DNA of 64,000 nucleotides from Alistipes putredinis (GCA_963620575.1 CAVFBC010000001.1:111912-175911), one strand, 5' to 3'. Counted from the stretch's first letter, positions 42,829 to 52,447 are shown. Program-made: numbers and translations. The notes: generated by a model from the sequence alone, not told the origin.

Positions 42829-45800
42829 ATGAGTGAGGAGATTCTTGAACACCTGATGAACCTGTTCGGCATTCTTGCCAAGCAGGGTGGCGGTGCAACG
42901 GATGTTGAGATTAACTTCCTTAGTAAGTTTCTCAGCGACCAGATAGCCTCCGCCAAGGTGGGCGAGTATCTCGACAAGTTTAAGGAGAAAGCAAGCGAGC
43001 GCGCCCAGTTTGATGAGACTAAGGGTCAGATTGTCGTCGACATGAAGGATTCGATGAAGACCCTGAAAATCTGCCGCGCAGCAAACAAAGCCCTCTCAAA
43101 GGAGCAGAAAGTTGTCGTGCTTGTCCGACTCTTTGAGATGGAGCAAGTCTATGACGAGGCCTTCGGCGGGAAAATGGTCGCCGTAAAGGCTTGGAAGGGC
43201 AAGAGCCGCAAGGAGGCAGAGGAACTCGATGTCGAGGAGAGTGCTGAGACGATAATTAAGCTCCGTGAGGAGGTGGTCAAGACAGCAGGTGAGACCTTTA
43301 CCCTCGCCAAGGATGAGATTGACAATATCAAGCTCTTCTGCAACGCCCAGACGACCGCCGCCGCTCAACCGGTGGCTAATCTTGATAAACCCGATTTCCT
43401 CATAGCTGATGCTTGTGATGACGCTGCTTATTCTCAGGCGTGCCACATTGTCGATTCTACTATCGACGGCTTTTTCGCAATTCTCCGAATCGACAGCGCA
43501 AATCTTTTTTTCCTTAAATATCAGGGTTCGAGGGATGTCTCTATAAATGGTCTGACTGTAAACCCCGGCACGGTCTACCCTCTGCCGAGCGGATCGTTTG
43601 TCAAGACCCCTCGCGGATTGCTATATTACACGGACATAGCCGCACGACTCTCAAAGGAGGTTAATGTCCAAAAAATCTCCTTCGAGGTTAATCATGTCTG
43701 GTTCCGTTTTAAGACGGGCGGCATAGGCCTCAGAGACATTAATATGTTTGAGGAGCAGGGGAAGCTGGTCGGCATCATGGGTGCGTCTGGCGCTGGCAAA
43801 ACCACTCTTCTCAATGTTCTGTGTGGCAATGAGGCACCGTCTGAGGGCGAGGTCCTCATCAACGGGCTCAACCTGCATACTCAGAAAGAGCAACTTGAAG
43901 GCGTCATAGGCCTCATTCCCCAAGATGATTTGCTCATTGAGGAATTGACTGTCTATCAGAACCTTTATTACAGTGCCAAGCTTTGTTTCAAAGCTCTGTC
44001 TGAGGAGGAGATTAATGCCAAGGTTGAGAAGACTCTCCGTGACCTTGGTCTCTATGAGCGCAAAGATTTGCAGGTCGGCTCTCCTCTCAACAAGATGATT
44101 TCCGGTGGTCAGCGTAAGAGGCTTAACATTGCGCTTGAGCTTATTCGCGAGCCGGGCGTTCTCTTCGTTGATGAGCCTACATCAGGCCTCTCCAGCCGTG
44201 ACTCTGAGAATGTGATGAATTTGCTGCGTGAGTTGGCTCTCAAAGGCAAACTTGTCTTTGTCGTCATTCACCAGCCCTCGTCGGACATCTACAAGATGTT
44301 CGACAAGATGTTTATCCTCGATACCGGCGGTTATCCCGTCTATTATGGTAACCCGACAGAGAGTGTCATTCATTTTAAGACCGAGGATAACCAGACAAAT
44401 GCTGACGTAGGCCAGTGCCCCACTTGCGGTAACGTTAATCCCGAGTTGGTGTTCAACATATTGGATGCCAGCGAGAAGGATGAGTATGGTAATACAACTA
44501 ACCGCCGTAAGAAGAGTGCGGAGGATTGGAACAAGATTTATAATGAGAAGGTTCTCCCAAAGGTCCCGAGAGTGACGACGGTCAAGGAGACTCCGCCTAA
44601 GAGTCTCGACATCCCGAGCTGGTTCAAGCAGTTCTGGATCTACACACAGCGCGATTTCTGGGCCAAGATAAGCAACACACAGTACATAGCGCTCAATATT
44701 CTTGAGGCGCCTGTGCTTGGCTTCATCCTTGCCTACCTCATCCGCTACATTGTTGACCCCGACTCGGATGTCTATGTCTTCCGCGAGAACGCCAACATAC
44801 CCATCTACATATTCATGGGTACGGTGGTCGCCATTTTCTTCGGCCTTATCATAAGTGCCGAGGAGATTTTCAAGGACGCCAAAATCCTTAAGCGCGAGAG
44901 ATTCCTCAACCTCAGCCGCTCGGCATACCTTATGAGTAAGATTTTCATACTCATGGGCATATCAGCCATCCAGATGTTCCTTTTTGTGCTGGTTGGCAAC
45001 TGGGAGATATCGTTCACGGGCATGAACTTTGAGTTCTGGCTCATGCTTTTCACTGTGGCTGTCTCGTCAGATATTTTGGGTCTCATCATATCGTCCACGT
45101 TCAACTCCATCGTCACTATCTATATCATGATTCCACTTATCATGATTCCCCAGATGGTTCTCGGCGGAGCCATGTTCACGTTCGATAAACTTAACAAGGA
45201 TATTTCGGCGGTTGACAAGGTGCCTCTTGTCGCGGAGGTCATCCCCGCACGTTATGCATATGAGGGTCTCATTGTCTATCAGTACAAGAACAATGACTTT
45301 GAGAAGGTTTTCTTTGGAGACGAACTCCTTGAGCGTCAGGCCGATTTCAAGACTGTCTATTATCTGCCCAAGGTAAAGGATGTGCTCGATGCCGCCCGGA
45401 AGACTTACAAGTCAATGCCGGCGGATGACGATGCGGCTAAAGAGCAATACGAGGTAAATCTCGCACTCGTCAAAAACGAGCTCGGCAAGGAGACTCGCCG
45501 TGTGCCCGGCATCAAGTTTGACTCTCTTGACGAGATAACCCCCGAGTCGTTCTGTGACGACGTCTATAACGCGGCTGATGCCTATATCACCCAACTGAAT
45601 GACTTCTATCAGGATCAGTTCATGAAGGCGAATACTATGCGCGAGCGACGTATTAACTACTATCTCGAAAACCAGCCGGATGTCTACAACGCCCTCAAGA
45701 ACAGTTGCTACAACGAGGCTGTCTATGACGTCGTGACGAAGACTTTCGACAAGAATAAGATTCTTCGTGATGGCGACCGACTCATACAAATTAAGGACCC

Positions 45801-46098
45801 TATCTATCAGATTCCTGAGCCAGAGGGTATTCTCCGTTTCCGAAGCCAATTCTTCGCCCCCTATAAGTATTTCTTTGGCACATATATTGAAACTCTCTGG
45901 TTCAATGTGATTGCCGTATGGCTCATATCAGCATTCCTCTACGTAATTCTCTATTATGATGTGGCAAGGCGCTCATTCGAGGCGGTAGAGGATTTGCATA
46001 TCGGCAAAAGATTTGCAAAACTGAAACCAGTTTTCTCAAAGTGCGGATGCGTTATAAAGTCTTGTCTCTCAAAATCTAAGAAAGGGACGGATAAATAG
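42829..46098 (+). CDS. ABCG/White-type ABC transporter (NBD then ABC-2 TMD) with a roughly 300-aa N-terminal extension
   Basis: Walker A GASGAGKTT, signature ISGGQRKRLNIA, Walker B VLFVDEPTSGL, H-loop VIHQPS and C-terminal multi-TM ABC-2 region. The N-terminus has TerB-like helical repeats and an FHA-like beta segment SINGLTVNPGTVYPL; both assignments are weak. Confidence 0.85.
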   Translation: MSEEILEHLMNLFGILAKQGGGATDVEINFLSKFLSDQIASAKVGEYLDKFKEKASERAQFDETKGQIVVDMKDSMKTLKICRAANKALSKEQKVVVLVRLFEMEQVYDEAFGGKMVAVKAWKGKSRKEAEELDVEESAETIIKLREEVVKTAGETFTLAKDEIDNIKLFCNAQTTAAAQPVANLDKPDFLIADACDDAAYSQACHIVDSTIDGFFAILRIDSANLFFLKYQGSRDVSINGLTVNPGTVYPLPSGSFVKTPRGLLYYTDIAARLSKEVNVQKISFEVNHVWFRFKTGGIGLRDINMFEEQGKLVGIMGASGAGKTTLLNVLCGNEAPSEGEVLINGLNLHTQKEQLEGVIGLIPQDDLLIEELTVYQNLYYSAKLCFKALSEEEINAKVEKTLRDLGLYERKDLQVGSPLNKMISGGQRKRLNIALELIREPGVLFVDEPTSGLSSRDSENVMNLLRELALKGKLVFVVIHQPSSDIYKMFDKMFILDTGGYPVYYGNPTESVIHFKTEDNQTNADVGQCPTCGNVNPELVFNILDASEKDEYGNTTNRRKKSAEDWNKIYNEKVLPKVPRVTTVKETPPKSLDIPSWFKQFWIYTQRDFWAKISNTQYIALNILEAPVLGFILAYLIRYIVDPDSDVYVFRENANIPIYIFMGTVVAIFFGLIISAEEIFKDAKILKRERFLNLSRSAYLMSKIFILMGISAIQMFLFVLVGNWEISFTGMNFEFWLMLFTVAVSSDILGLIISSTFNSIVTIYIMIPLIMIPQMVLGGAMFTFDKLNKDISAVDKVPLVAEVIPARYAYEGLIVYQYKNNDFEKVFFGDELLERQADFKTVYYLPKVKDVLDAARKTYKSMPADDDAAKEQYEVNLALVKNELGKETRRVPGIKFDSLDEITPESFCDDVYNAADAYITQLNDFYQDQFMKANTMRERRINYYLENQPDVYNALKNSCYNEAVYDVVTKTFDKNKILRDGDRLIQIKDPIYQIPEPEGILRFRSQFFAPYKYFFGTYIETLWFNVIAVWLISAFLYVILYYDVARRSFEAVEDLHIGKRFAKLKPVFSKCGCVIKSCLSKSKKGTDK

Positions 46099-46187
46099 AG
46101 GGGTGTCTTATTTACCCGAAAAAACGGAAACAAAAATCATCATTCCATAGTATACTAAGGAAGAACAGGCTAATAATTAATTCTACT

Positions 46188-47114
46188 ATGAAAATCATTG
46201 CCAAAATCAATACTATCAAACTGGCCGCGGCTGCCGTCTGCGCATGCCTCATGACCTCTTGCGGCAGCGGCTCGTCAAGCAAAAATGCCAACGAGTTTGA
46301 TACTATCCCTCAAAATCTCATTGGCGAGCCACTTCAACTCTCAGAGAATGTGGTGAACGACATGATTCAGAATATCTCCTCTCCTGTTGAGATGGCAAAC
46401 CAGATTCTCAAGAGTGGAGCAGCTTTTGACCAGTCTGTTCTTAATGACGCTGAGAGGATGAAGGATTACAGCACCAGATTCAAGCGTTCGCTTAACCTTG
46501 GCGTCTATAGTGCGGATCTTGGCTATATCAATACGTTCAATAAGAACAGTGTTGTCGTCTCTTACCTTCTTGCTGTCAAGGAACTCGCTGACGGCATTAG
46601 TGTCGGTCAATTCCTTGATTTCAACACACTAAGCCGACTCGCAAAGAATAACACAAACCTTGATTCTCTCAAGCAGCTCTCCGTCTCAAGCTTCAACGAG
46701 ATGGATAAGTATCTTCGCAAGAATAACCACTCGAGTGTGTCAACAGCCATTGTGGCTGGCGCATGGGTAGAGGGTATCTACATTACTTGCCGAGTCATTG
46801 AGCAAACTAATGACGCTGAACTTATTAACCGACTTGGCGAGCAGAAAGACATTGTCGGCATTCTTCTCATCATCCTCAACAACTATAGCAAGGGCGATGC
46901 TAATTTCCAGGCACTCGTTAGCAAGGTTGACGAAGTGAAGAAGATTTATGACGACGTGGTGATAACTTATGAGCTTGGCGAACCTGTCACGACTGAGAAA
47001 GATGGCATGCTTGTCATCGAGCAGAACGAGATAACTCACGTCAAGATTACGCCCGAGCAGGTCTCAAGCATTATTGCCAAGATTAAGGATCTCCGCCAGT
47101 TTATTGTTGACTAA
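46188..47114 (+). CDS. Helical lipoprotein of unknown function (module copy A, large subunit)
   Basis: Lipobox LMTSC; roughly 65% identical to the product of 47682-48587. Confidence 0.7.
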   Translation: MKIIAKINTIKLAAAAVCACLMTSCGSGSSSKNANEFDTIPQNLIGEPLQLSENVVNDMIQNISSPVEMANQILKSGAAFDQSVLNDAERMKDYSTRFKRSLNLGVYSADLGYINTFNKNSVVVSYLLAVKELADGISVGQFLDFNTLSRLAKNNTNLDSLKQLSVSSFNEMDKYLRKNNHSSVSTAIVAGAWVEGIYITCRVIEQTNDAELINRLGEQKDIVGILLIILNNYSKGDANFQALVSKVDEVKKIYDDVVITYELGEPVTTEKDGMLVIEQNEITHVKITPEQVSSIIAKIKDLRQFIVD

Positions 47115-47144
47115 GAAACCCTACATTTTCCACATACATCTATC

Positions 47145-47588
47145 ATGAAGCAGTTGTTATTATCCCTCGTAGCCATTTTCGGTATGGTCTCTTCTGTCAA
47201 CGCTCAGTGCGGTGACGAGCTCATGAAGCAGGCTCTTGGCGCCATGGGGAATTATCAGTATATCAAGGACTTTGATATTAAACTCCAAGGCGGAACAAGC
47301 AAGGTCGGCACTAAGTTCTCTGTCGTCCTCAACAGCCGTACTCACTATCAGGTCAACATAGCCAATGGCTCCGGCAACAGCGAGAATGTGGTTGTCGAGA
47401 TTTATGACGGCGATAAGTTGATTGGCTCAAACAATGCCAACGGTAAGGTTTTCACTGCTTTCCAGTTCATCTGCTCTAAGACTGGGGCTTACAAGCTCCA
47501 TGTTTGCACAGTAGGTGGAACAGAGGCTTGCGCCCGTGCTGTCCTCTCCCTTGTCAAGCAGTACTCCGAGGCCGAAATGCCTAAGTAG
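47145..47588 (+). CDS. Small secreted 4-Cys beta-rich protein (module copy A, small subunit)
   Basis: SPI signal ending VNA|QCGDE; roughly 94% identical in the mature part to the product of 48593-49033. Confidence 0.7.
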   Translation: MKQLLLSLVAIFGMVSSVNAQCGDELMKQALGAMGNYQYIKDFDIKLQGGTSKVGTKFSVVLNSRTHYQVNIANGSGNSENVVVEIYDGDKLIGSNNANGKVFTAFQFICSKTGAYKLHVCTVGGTEACARAVLSLVKQYSEAEMPK

Positions 47589-47681
47589 CAATCTCGGAAA
47601 ATTAACCAAACGACTAATAATCACAATGTCATCCGATTTGCCTTTGGTAGCGTCGGATTTGATACTAAAAGACTCTTAAAA

Positions 47682-48587
47682 ATGAATTTTAAGGCACTCA
47701 TCGGTGGTCTCGCTGTCCCCGCTGTAATATTCTCTATGGCCTCATGCTCTTGTGGCAGCGATAACGGCCAACTTAATAACAACATCACCGAGGAGAAAGC
47801 AGACTCTGAACTTGTTGTAAGCGGCGAGGTTGTCAGCGACATGATTCAGAATATCTCTTCCCCTGTCGAGATGGCTAATGAGATTAAGAATTCTGGTGTC
47901 GGTTTTTCTAGGGATATTCTCAACGAGGCCGGTAAAGAAGGTCAGTATGAGACAAATTTCAAGAAAGCTGTGAATCTTGGTGTTTATGCTGCCGATCTCG
48001 GCTACATCAACACGTTCAGCAAGACTACTGTTGTTGTCGATTACTTGACCTCTATCAAGCGACTTGCAGACGGACTCGGTGTCGGTCAGTTCCTTGATTT
48101 CTCAACTCTTTCCGCTCTTGCCAAGAATAGCACAAATCTCGATTCGCTCAAGCAGCTCTCTGTCAATAGTTTCAACAACATTGACAAGTATCTTCGTGAG
48201 CAGCATCGTTCAAATATCTCAACTGCCATTGTAGTTGGCACTTGGATTGAGGGCATTTACATCACGGGTCAGGTCATTTCTCAAACCAATGACAAGGGTC
48301 TTGTCGACCGTCTTGGCGAGCAAAAAAATATTGTTGAGATTCTCGACATCGTTGTCAGCAGCCGCACTGAATCTGAATTCAAGAACCTTGGCAAGATGAT
48401 GGGTGATCTCAAGTCAATCTATGACGGAGTCCGAATTACAACCGAGCTGGGCCAGCCTGTGACTAAGGAGGTTGACGGTATGCTTGTCATTGAGCAGAAC
48501 GAGATAACTCATGTTGAGATTACTCCTGAGCAGGTTAACTCTATCATCGAGCAGGTCAACGCCATCCGCAACTCAATCATCCGATAA
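47682..48587 (+). CDS. Helical lipoprotein of unknown function (module copy B, large subunit)
   Basis: Lipobox SMASC; paralog of 46188-47114. Confidence 0.7.
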   Translation: MNFKALIGGLAVPAVIFSMASCSCGSDNGQLNNNITEEKADSELVVSGEVVSDMIQNISSPVEMANEIKNSGVGFSRDILNEAGKEGQYETNFKKAVNLGVYAADLGYINTFSKTTVVVDYLTSIKRLADGLGVGQFLDFSTLSALAKNSTNLDSLKQLSVNSFNNIDKYLREQHRSNISTAIVVGTWIEGIYITGQVISQTNDKGLVDRLGEQKNIVEILDIVVSSRTESEFKNLGKMMGDLKSIYDGVRITTELGQPVTKEVDGMLVIEQNEITHVEITPEQVNSIIEQVNAIRNSIIR

Positions 48588-48592
48588 AGCTA

Positions 48593-49033
48593 ATGAAGAA
48601 GTTTTTCTTTCTCATTGCGGTATTGTTCCTCTCTGCGGGCAGCTCTTTCGCCCAGTGTGGCGACGAGCTTATGAAGCAGGCTCTCGGTGCAATGGGTAGC
48701 TATCAGTACATCAAGGACTTTGACATAAAACTGTCAGCTGGCACAAGCAAGGTTGGCTCCAAGTTCTCTGTCGTCCTTAACAGCCGAACCCACTATCAGG
48801 TTAACATTGCTAATGGCTCTGGCAACTCAGAGAATGTTGTGGTGGAGATTTATGATGGTGACAAGCTGATTGGCTCTAACAGTGCTAATGGCAAGGTATT
48901 CACCGCCTTCCAGTTTATTTGCTCGAAGACAGGTGCCTATAAGCTCCACGTCTGCACTCAAGGTGACACGGAGGCTTGCGCTCGTGCGGTGCTTTCTCTT
49001 GTCAAGCAATATTCAGCTGCGGAGATGCCATAA
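48593..49033 (+). CDS. Small secreted 4-Cys beta-rich protein (module copy B, small subunit)
   Basis: SPI signal ending SFA|QCGDE; paralog of 47145-47588. Confidence 0.7.
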   Translation: MKKFFFLIAVLFLSAGSSFAQCGDELMKQALGAMGSYQYIKDFDIKLSAGTSKVGSKFSVVLNSRTHYQVNIANGSGNSENVVVEIYDGDKLIGSNSANGKVFTAFQFICSKTGAYKLHVCTQGDTEACARAVLSLVKQYSAAEMP

Positions 49034-49072
49034 CACTTCTTCGCCTTCCATTAAGCATAAGCGACAAATCGT

Positions 49073-49107
49073 AAACGCGCGACTTCCGAAATAGGAGTCG
49101 CGCGTTT
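49073..49107. terminator. Bidirectional terminator between the module operon and comEC
   Basis: 12-bp perfect stem aaacgcgcgact/agtcgcgcgttt. Confidence 0.75.
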
Positions 49108-49108
49108 G

Positions 49109-51151
49109 CTATTTAATCTCTATCTCATCCTGTCGTTTCATAATTGTCACGCTAAGTGAAGTCACTCTTTTCCATGCAGCGGCAATTTCGCATTTGGGTC
49201 CTATTATGTATCTCGCATTGTGATTGACAGCAATTTCTGGTCCTAAATTGCAGTTGATCAGGTATATGTCGCAAATGGGCAATGTGTCTATATAATCAGT
49301 GTTGATAACGGCTATTCTCATCTCTTGGGTGCTGATTATAATCCCCCGCCCCAAGCTCTTTATCTCTTTTTCTGTCCACCGCCTCTTTTTCTCGATGTGC
49401 CTTACTGCTTTTATCGCGCTGTGGTTGGTAGTGTCGCTTACATAGGAGACCGAGTTATGCCTGTCTTCTGATAAGACTATGCCCGTCTCGCCATTTGAAC
49501 AGAACAAACATACCCCACTCTCTCGTCTCGTTTCATTGGCAATAAGTACGGATAAGAAGCAAACGAGCGAAAAGCAAAGTGCGCCAAGCCAATGCCGGTC
49601 ACGTTTGCGAAAGGCATAAAAGGCGATGACTATGAGGAGAGACAACGTGGCCGCCTCTGCCATTCCAAAGGCTGTGCATCCTATGGTGGCCATGGGAAGT
49701 GAGGCTGCCCATTCACAATAGCCAATCACCAACGCCAGACACTTGTCTATTACCCATCCTAATCCATTGCTTAATAGAGGAATCCAAGATGTTAACGGGC
49801 AAATGACCGCCCCGATGAAGATCCATCTGATGGGTTCAAGCACCACAAGGTTGTTTATCCAGAAATATGTGGGGAATGAGTTGAAGCAGTAGAGCATGAT
49901 GGGCAAAGTTGCCAATTGAGCCACAATGCTTATTGACAAACAGCCATAAAGCCACTTGATTGGCCCTCTTTGCCTCTCTACAAAGGGTCGCAATGTTGGC
50001 GTGGCAGACAATATTCCTCCCACGGCAGCAAAACTTAACCATAAGCCCGCACTGGTCACAGACGACGGGTCAGCTAATAGGATGACAAACAAGGCAGCCC
50101 ACAAGGAGTGGAAACTTGGCAACCTGCGGCCCAGCACACTCTCTAATGTAAGAAAACTAAACATTATGGAGGATCTTACTATCGAGGGCGCCATGCCTAC
50201 TAAAAGCGCATATGCCCATATGACGCACAATGTTATGACTCCTGATGCGCGTCCCCCAAAAAGCAGGCCCATAAGGAACATAACGGCTGTTGATAAGATG
50301 CCAACATGGAGACCGCTGACAGCAAGGACATGCCCTGTGCCGCAGTCAGAGAACGCCTGTTTGACCTCCTGCGGCAACTCGCTCTTGTCCCCTAAAACGA
50401 GGGCTTGCAAAAAGACTTGGCTCTCATGGCTAACCCCGACCCTTTCAAGTGACGAGAAGAAAAAATCATGCGCCATGCCGCTTATTGATGCCATGTCCAC
50501 AGACTGGCCTTCAATTGTGGCGCTGTCTGCCCTCACTAAGAATCTGAGTCCCTGACTCTTCAGGTACTCCATATAGTCGAAGTCGCCAAATATGTCACTT
50601 CGCGGTGTCGTAAATCGCCCACTTAGCTTCACCTTCATGCCGCACTTCAGACTATGCGAGCTGTCGCAGTCTGTGGCTTTGCTTAGATTGATGGTTCTGC
50701 CCTTGAAGTTGACAAGACCCTTTATTTCTTGGGCATCTTTCCCATTGATAGCGTATGCTCTTACTACTGCGCTCACACGGTTTGTGTCTCGCTTTGTGAT
50801 GTGAGTTATCTCTCCTTCAATCTCGCACTTGCCACCTTCTGTGATAAAGTCGCCCCTGCCGTCACTGCCTCTCGTTACGCCTACTGACATGATAAACAGG
50901 GCGAATGCGCAGATTAGCAGACCGTCGCCCCACCATAGCTTGCACAAATAGCGACGTAGTGAACTTATTATTATGACAATTGCGCACAGGGAGACCGTCA
51001 GAGGCCACAAGTTTACCCCCAATGTTGTCTCTGAGCCAACATATGTTCCAATGGCCAGCATGACAGCCCATGGGGCTAAAGGCCTCTTTCGGACTGACAT
51101 CAAGACATCTTTCGAGAGATGCGAGATTATGTTTGTTAAGATGCGTCTCAT
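49109..51151 (-). CDS. comEC: ComEC/Rec2-family DNA internalisation channel protein
   Basis: 680 aa. It has N-terminal TM helices, an OB-like DUF4131 region (VKLSGRFTTPRSD..FDYMEYLKSQG) and a multi-TM competence domain (GTGHVLAVSGLHVGIL). The start may be the internal Met at about 51100. Confidence 0.8.
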   Translation of the reverse strand: MRRILTNIISHLSKDVLMSVRKRPLAPWAVMLAIGTYVGSETTLGVNLWPLTVSLCAIVIIISSLRRYLCKLWWGDGLLICAFALFIMSVGVTRGSDGRGDFITEGGKCEIEGEITHITKRDTNRVSAVVRAYAINGKDAQEIKGLVNFKGRTINLSKATDCDSSHSLKCGMKVKLSGRFTTPRSDIFGDFDYMEYLKSQGLRFLVRADSATIEGQSVDMASISGMAHDFFFSSLERVGVSHESQVFLQALVLGDKSELPQEVKQAFSDCGTGHVLAVSGLHVGILSTAVMFLMGLLFGGRASGVITLCVIWAYALLVGMAPSIVRSSIMFSFLTLESVLGRRLPSFHSLWAALFVILLADPSSVTSAGLWLSFAAVGGILSATPTLRPFVERQRGPIKWLYGCLSISIVAQLATLPIMLYCFNSFPTYFWINNLVVLEPIRWIFIGAVICPLTSWIPLLSNGLGWVIDKCLALVIGYCEWAASLPMATIGCTAFGMAEAATLSLLIVIAFYAFRKRDRHWLGALCFSLVCFLSVLIANETRRESGVCLFCSNGETGIVLSEDRHNSVSYVSDTTNHSAIKAVRHIEKKRRWTEKEIKSLGRGIIISTQEMRIAVINTDYIDTLPICDIYLINCNLGPEIAVNHNARYIIGPKCEIAAAWKRVTSLSVTIMKRQDEIEIK

Positions 51152-51209
51152 GCAGGCAAAAAAATAACGGCAGCTTGAGGCTGCACCTCAAACTGCCGTG
51201 TTAATCAGG

Positions 51210-51282
51210 TCGGGATTAGGCGACTCGAACGCCCGACCCCCACGTCCCGAACGTGGTGCGCTACCAACTGCGCTAAATCCCG
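51210..51282 (-). tRNA. tRNA-Pro (anticodon CGG)
   Basis: Reverse complement CGGGATT TA GCGC AGTTGGTA GCGC A CCACG TTCGGGA CGTGG GGGTC GGGCG TTCGAGT CGCCT AATCCCG A folds as a cloverleaf with a 7-bp acceptor stem. No encoded CCA. Confidence 0.93.
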
Positions 51283-51292
51283 ATTTGCGGTG

Positions 51293-51300
51293 CAAAGATA
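51293..51300 (-). promoter_or_regulatory. -7 box (TAnnTTTG) for tRNA-Pro
   Basis: On the minus strand tatctttg ends 10 nt before the mature tRNA 5' end. Confidence 0.5.
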
Positions 51301-51331
51301 AGTTATTTTCCCTTTTAACCCACCGCAAAGA

Positions 51332-52447
51332 TTATTTTTTGTCGAAATATTTTACTTGCAAGATGTCCGGACTTTTGAACCTGCGCAAAGTGCAGTCCCC
51401 CATGTGGCGTACTTCAAATAGTTCGCCGCAGCGGAGAATAGGAGCCTCCACTCCGCTGCCCATGACAGAGTCCGACTCATACACGAATGCCTCGTCCCAC
51501 AAACCTTTTTCAATAAATTGCGCCAATGTGTGTGTCCCTCCCTCTACAATGATGGAGTTGACACCCTTGGCTCTCGCTGCCATGATTGCGCTCTCGGCCA
51601 TGTTGCCCGATGTGGCTATGACATATTCAACATTGCCGTCAACAGCCTCTCTCTTGTTGTTTACGACCAAGGTCCGGCCCCCATCTGTAAGCATTTTGCT
51701 GTCAGGGCTTATTGCGCAACTGGGGTCCAACACAATTCTGAGGGGCGAAGGCCCATCCCACAAGCGGGCGGTGAGGCTCGGGTTGTCACTCAGTGCGGTG
51801 CCTATGCCAACCAGGATCGCGTCCTCTGTTGTGCGCTGCTTGTGCGATATCATTAGGGCCTCACTATTGGATATCTTGGCGGGTGCCGGTTTGCCATTGA
51901 CCATGCGTCCCATGAATCCGTCGGATGTGTGCGCCCATTTGAGGATAATGTAGGGACGCTTCTTCTCGTTGTTGGTGAAAAATCTCCTGTTTAGCCACCG
52001 GCATTCGTCTTCCAAGACGCCCACCTTGACTTCCCTGCCTGCCTCGCGCAGTTTCATTATTCCTCGTCCGTCAACTTTGGCGAACGAATCTCTACATCCC
52101 ACGACAATACGCGGGATCTTTTTCTCGATAATGAGGTCGGCGCAAGGTGGTGTGCGACCAAAGTGGGCGCAAGGTTCAAGGCTGACATATATGGTGCTGC
52201 GTTTAAGCAGCTCAGGGTCCGCTACTGAGCGGATGGCGTTGACCTCGGCGTGCGGCTCGCCCGCCTTGTGATGCCATCCCTCACCAATTATCTTGCCATC
52301 GCACACGACGACCGCGCCCACCATTGGGTTGGGGTATGTGTGTCCCTCGGCGTTGAGGGCTAACTGGATGCAGCGGCGCATGTACATCTCGTCCGCACAC
52401 TGACCCAAAGTGTTGGGCGTTTCGCCCTTATTGTCTATTTTTGCCAT
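51332..52447 (-). CDS. ribD: Bifunctional riboflavin biosynthesis deaminase/reductase RibD
   Basis: Deaminase zinc motifs HAEVNA and PCAHFGRTPPC, plus a C-terminal RibD_C reductase domain. Confidence 0.92.
   Translation of the reverse strand: MAKIDNKGETPNTLGQCADEMYMRRCIQLALNAEGHTYPNPMVGAVVVCDGKIIGEGWHHKAGEPHAEVNAIRSVADPELLKRSTIYVSLEPCAHFGRTPPCADLIIEKKIPRIVVGCRDSFAKVDGRGIMKLREAGREVKVGVLEDECRWLNRRFFTNNEKKRPYIILKWAHTSDGFMGRMVNGKPAPAKISNSEALMISHKQRTTEDAILVGIGTALSDNPSLTARLWDGPSPLRIVLDPSCAISPDSKMLTDGGRTLVVNNKREAVDGNVEYVIATSGNMAESAIMAARAKGVNSIIVEGGTHTLAQFIEKGLWDEAFVYESDSVMGSGVEAPILRCGELFEVRHMGDCTLRRFKSPDILQVKYFDKK

Larger units (their letters stand above)
46188..49033 (+). repeat. Tandem duplication of a two-gene module (lipoprotein plus small secreted protein)
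   Basis: Units 46188-47588 and 47682-49033 are collinear paralogs. The DNA has diverged mostly at third codon positions. Confidence 0.85.

Noticed and set aside
51198-51953. 251-aa plus-strand ORF
   Set aside because: It overlaps the tRNA-Pro gene and is antisense to ribD. Its composition is low-complexity S/L/P/R.
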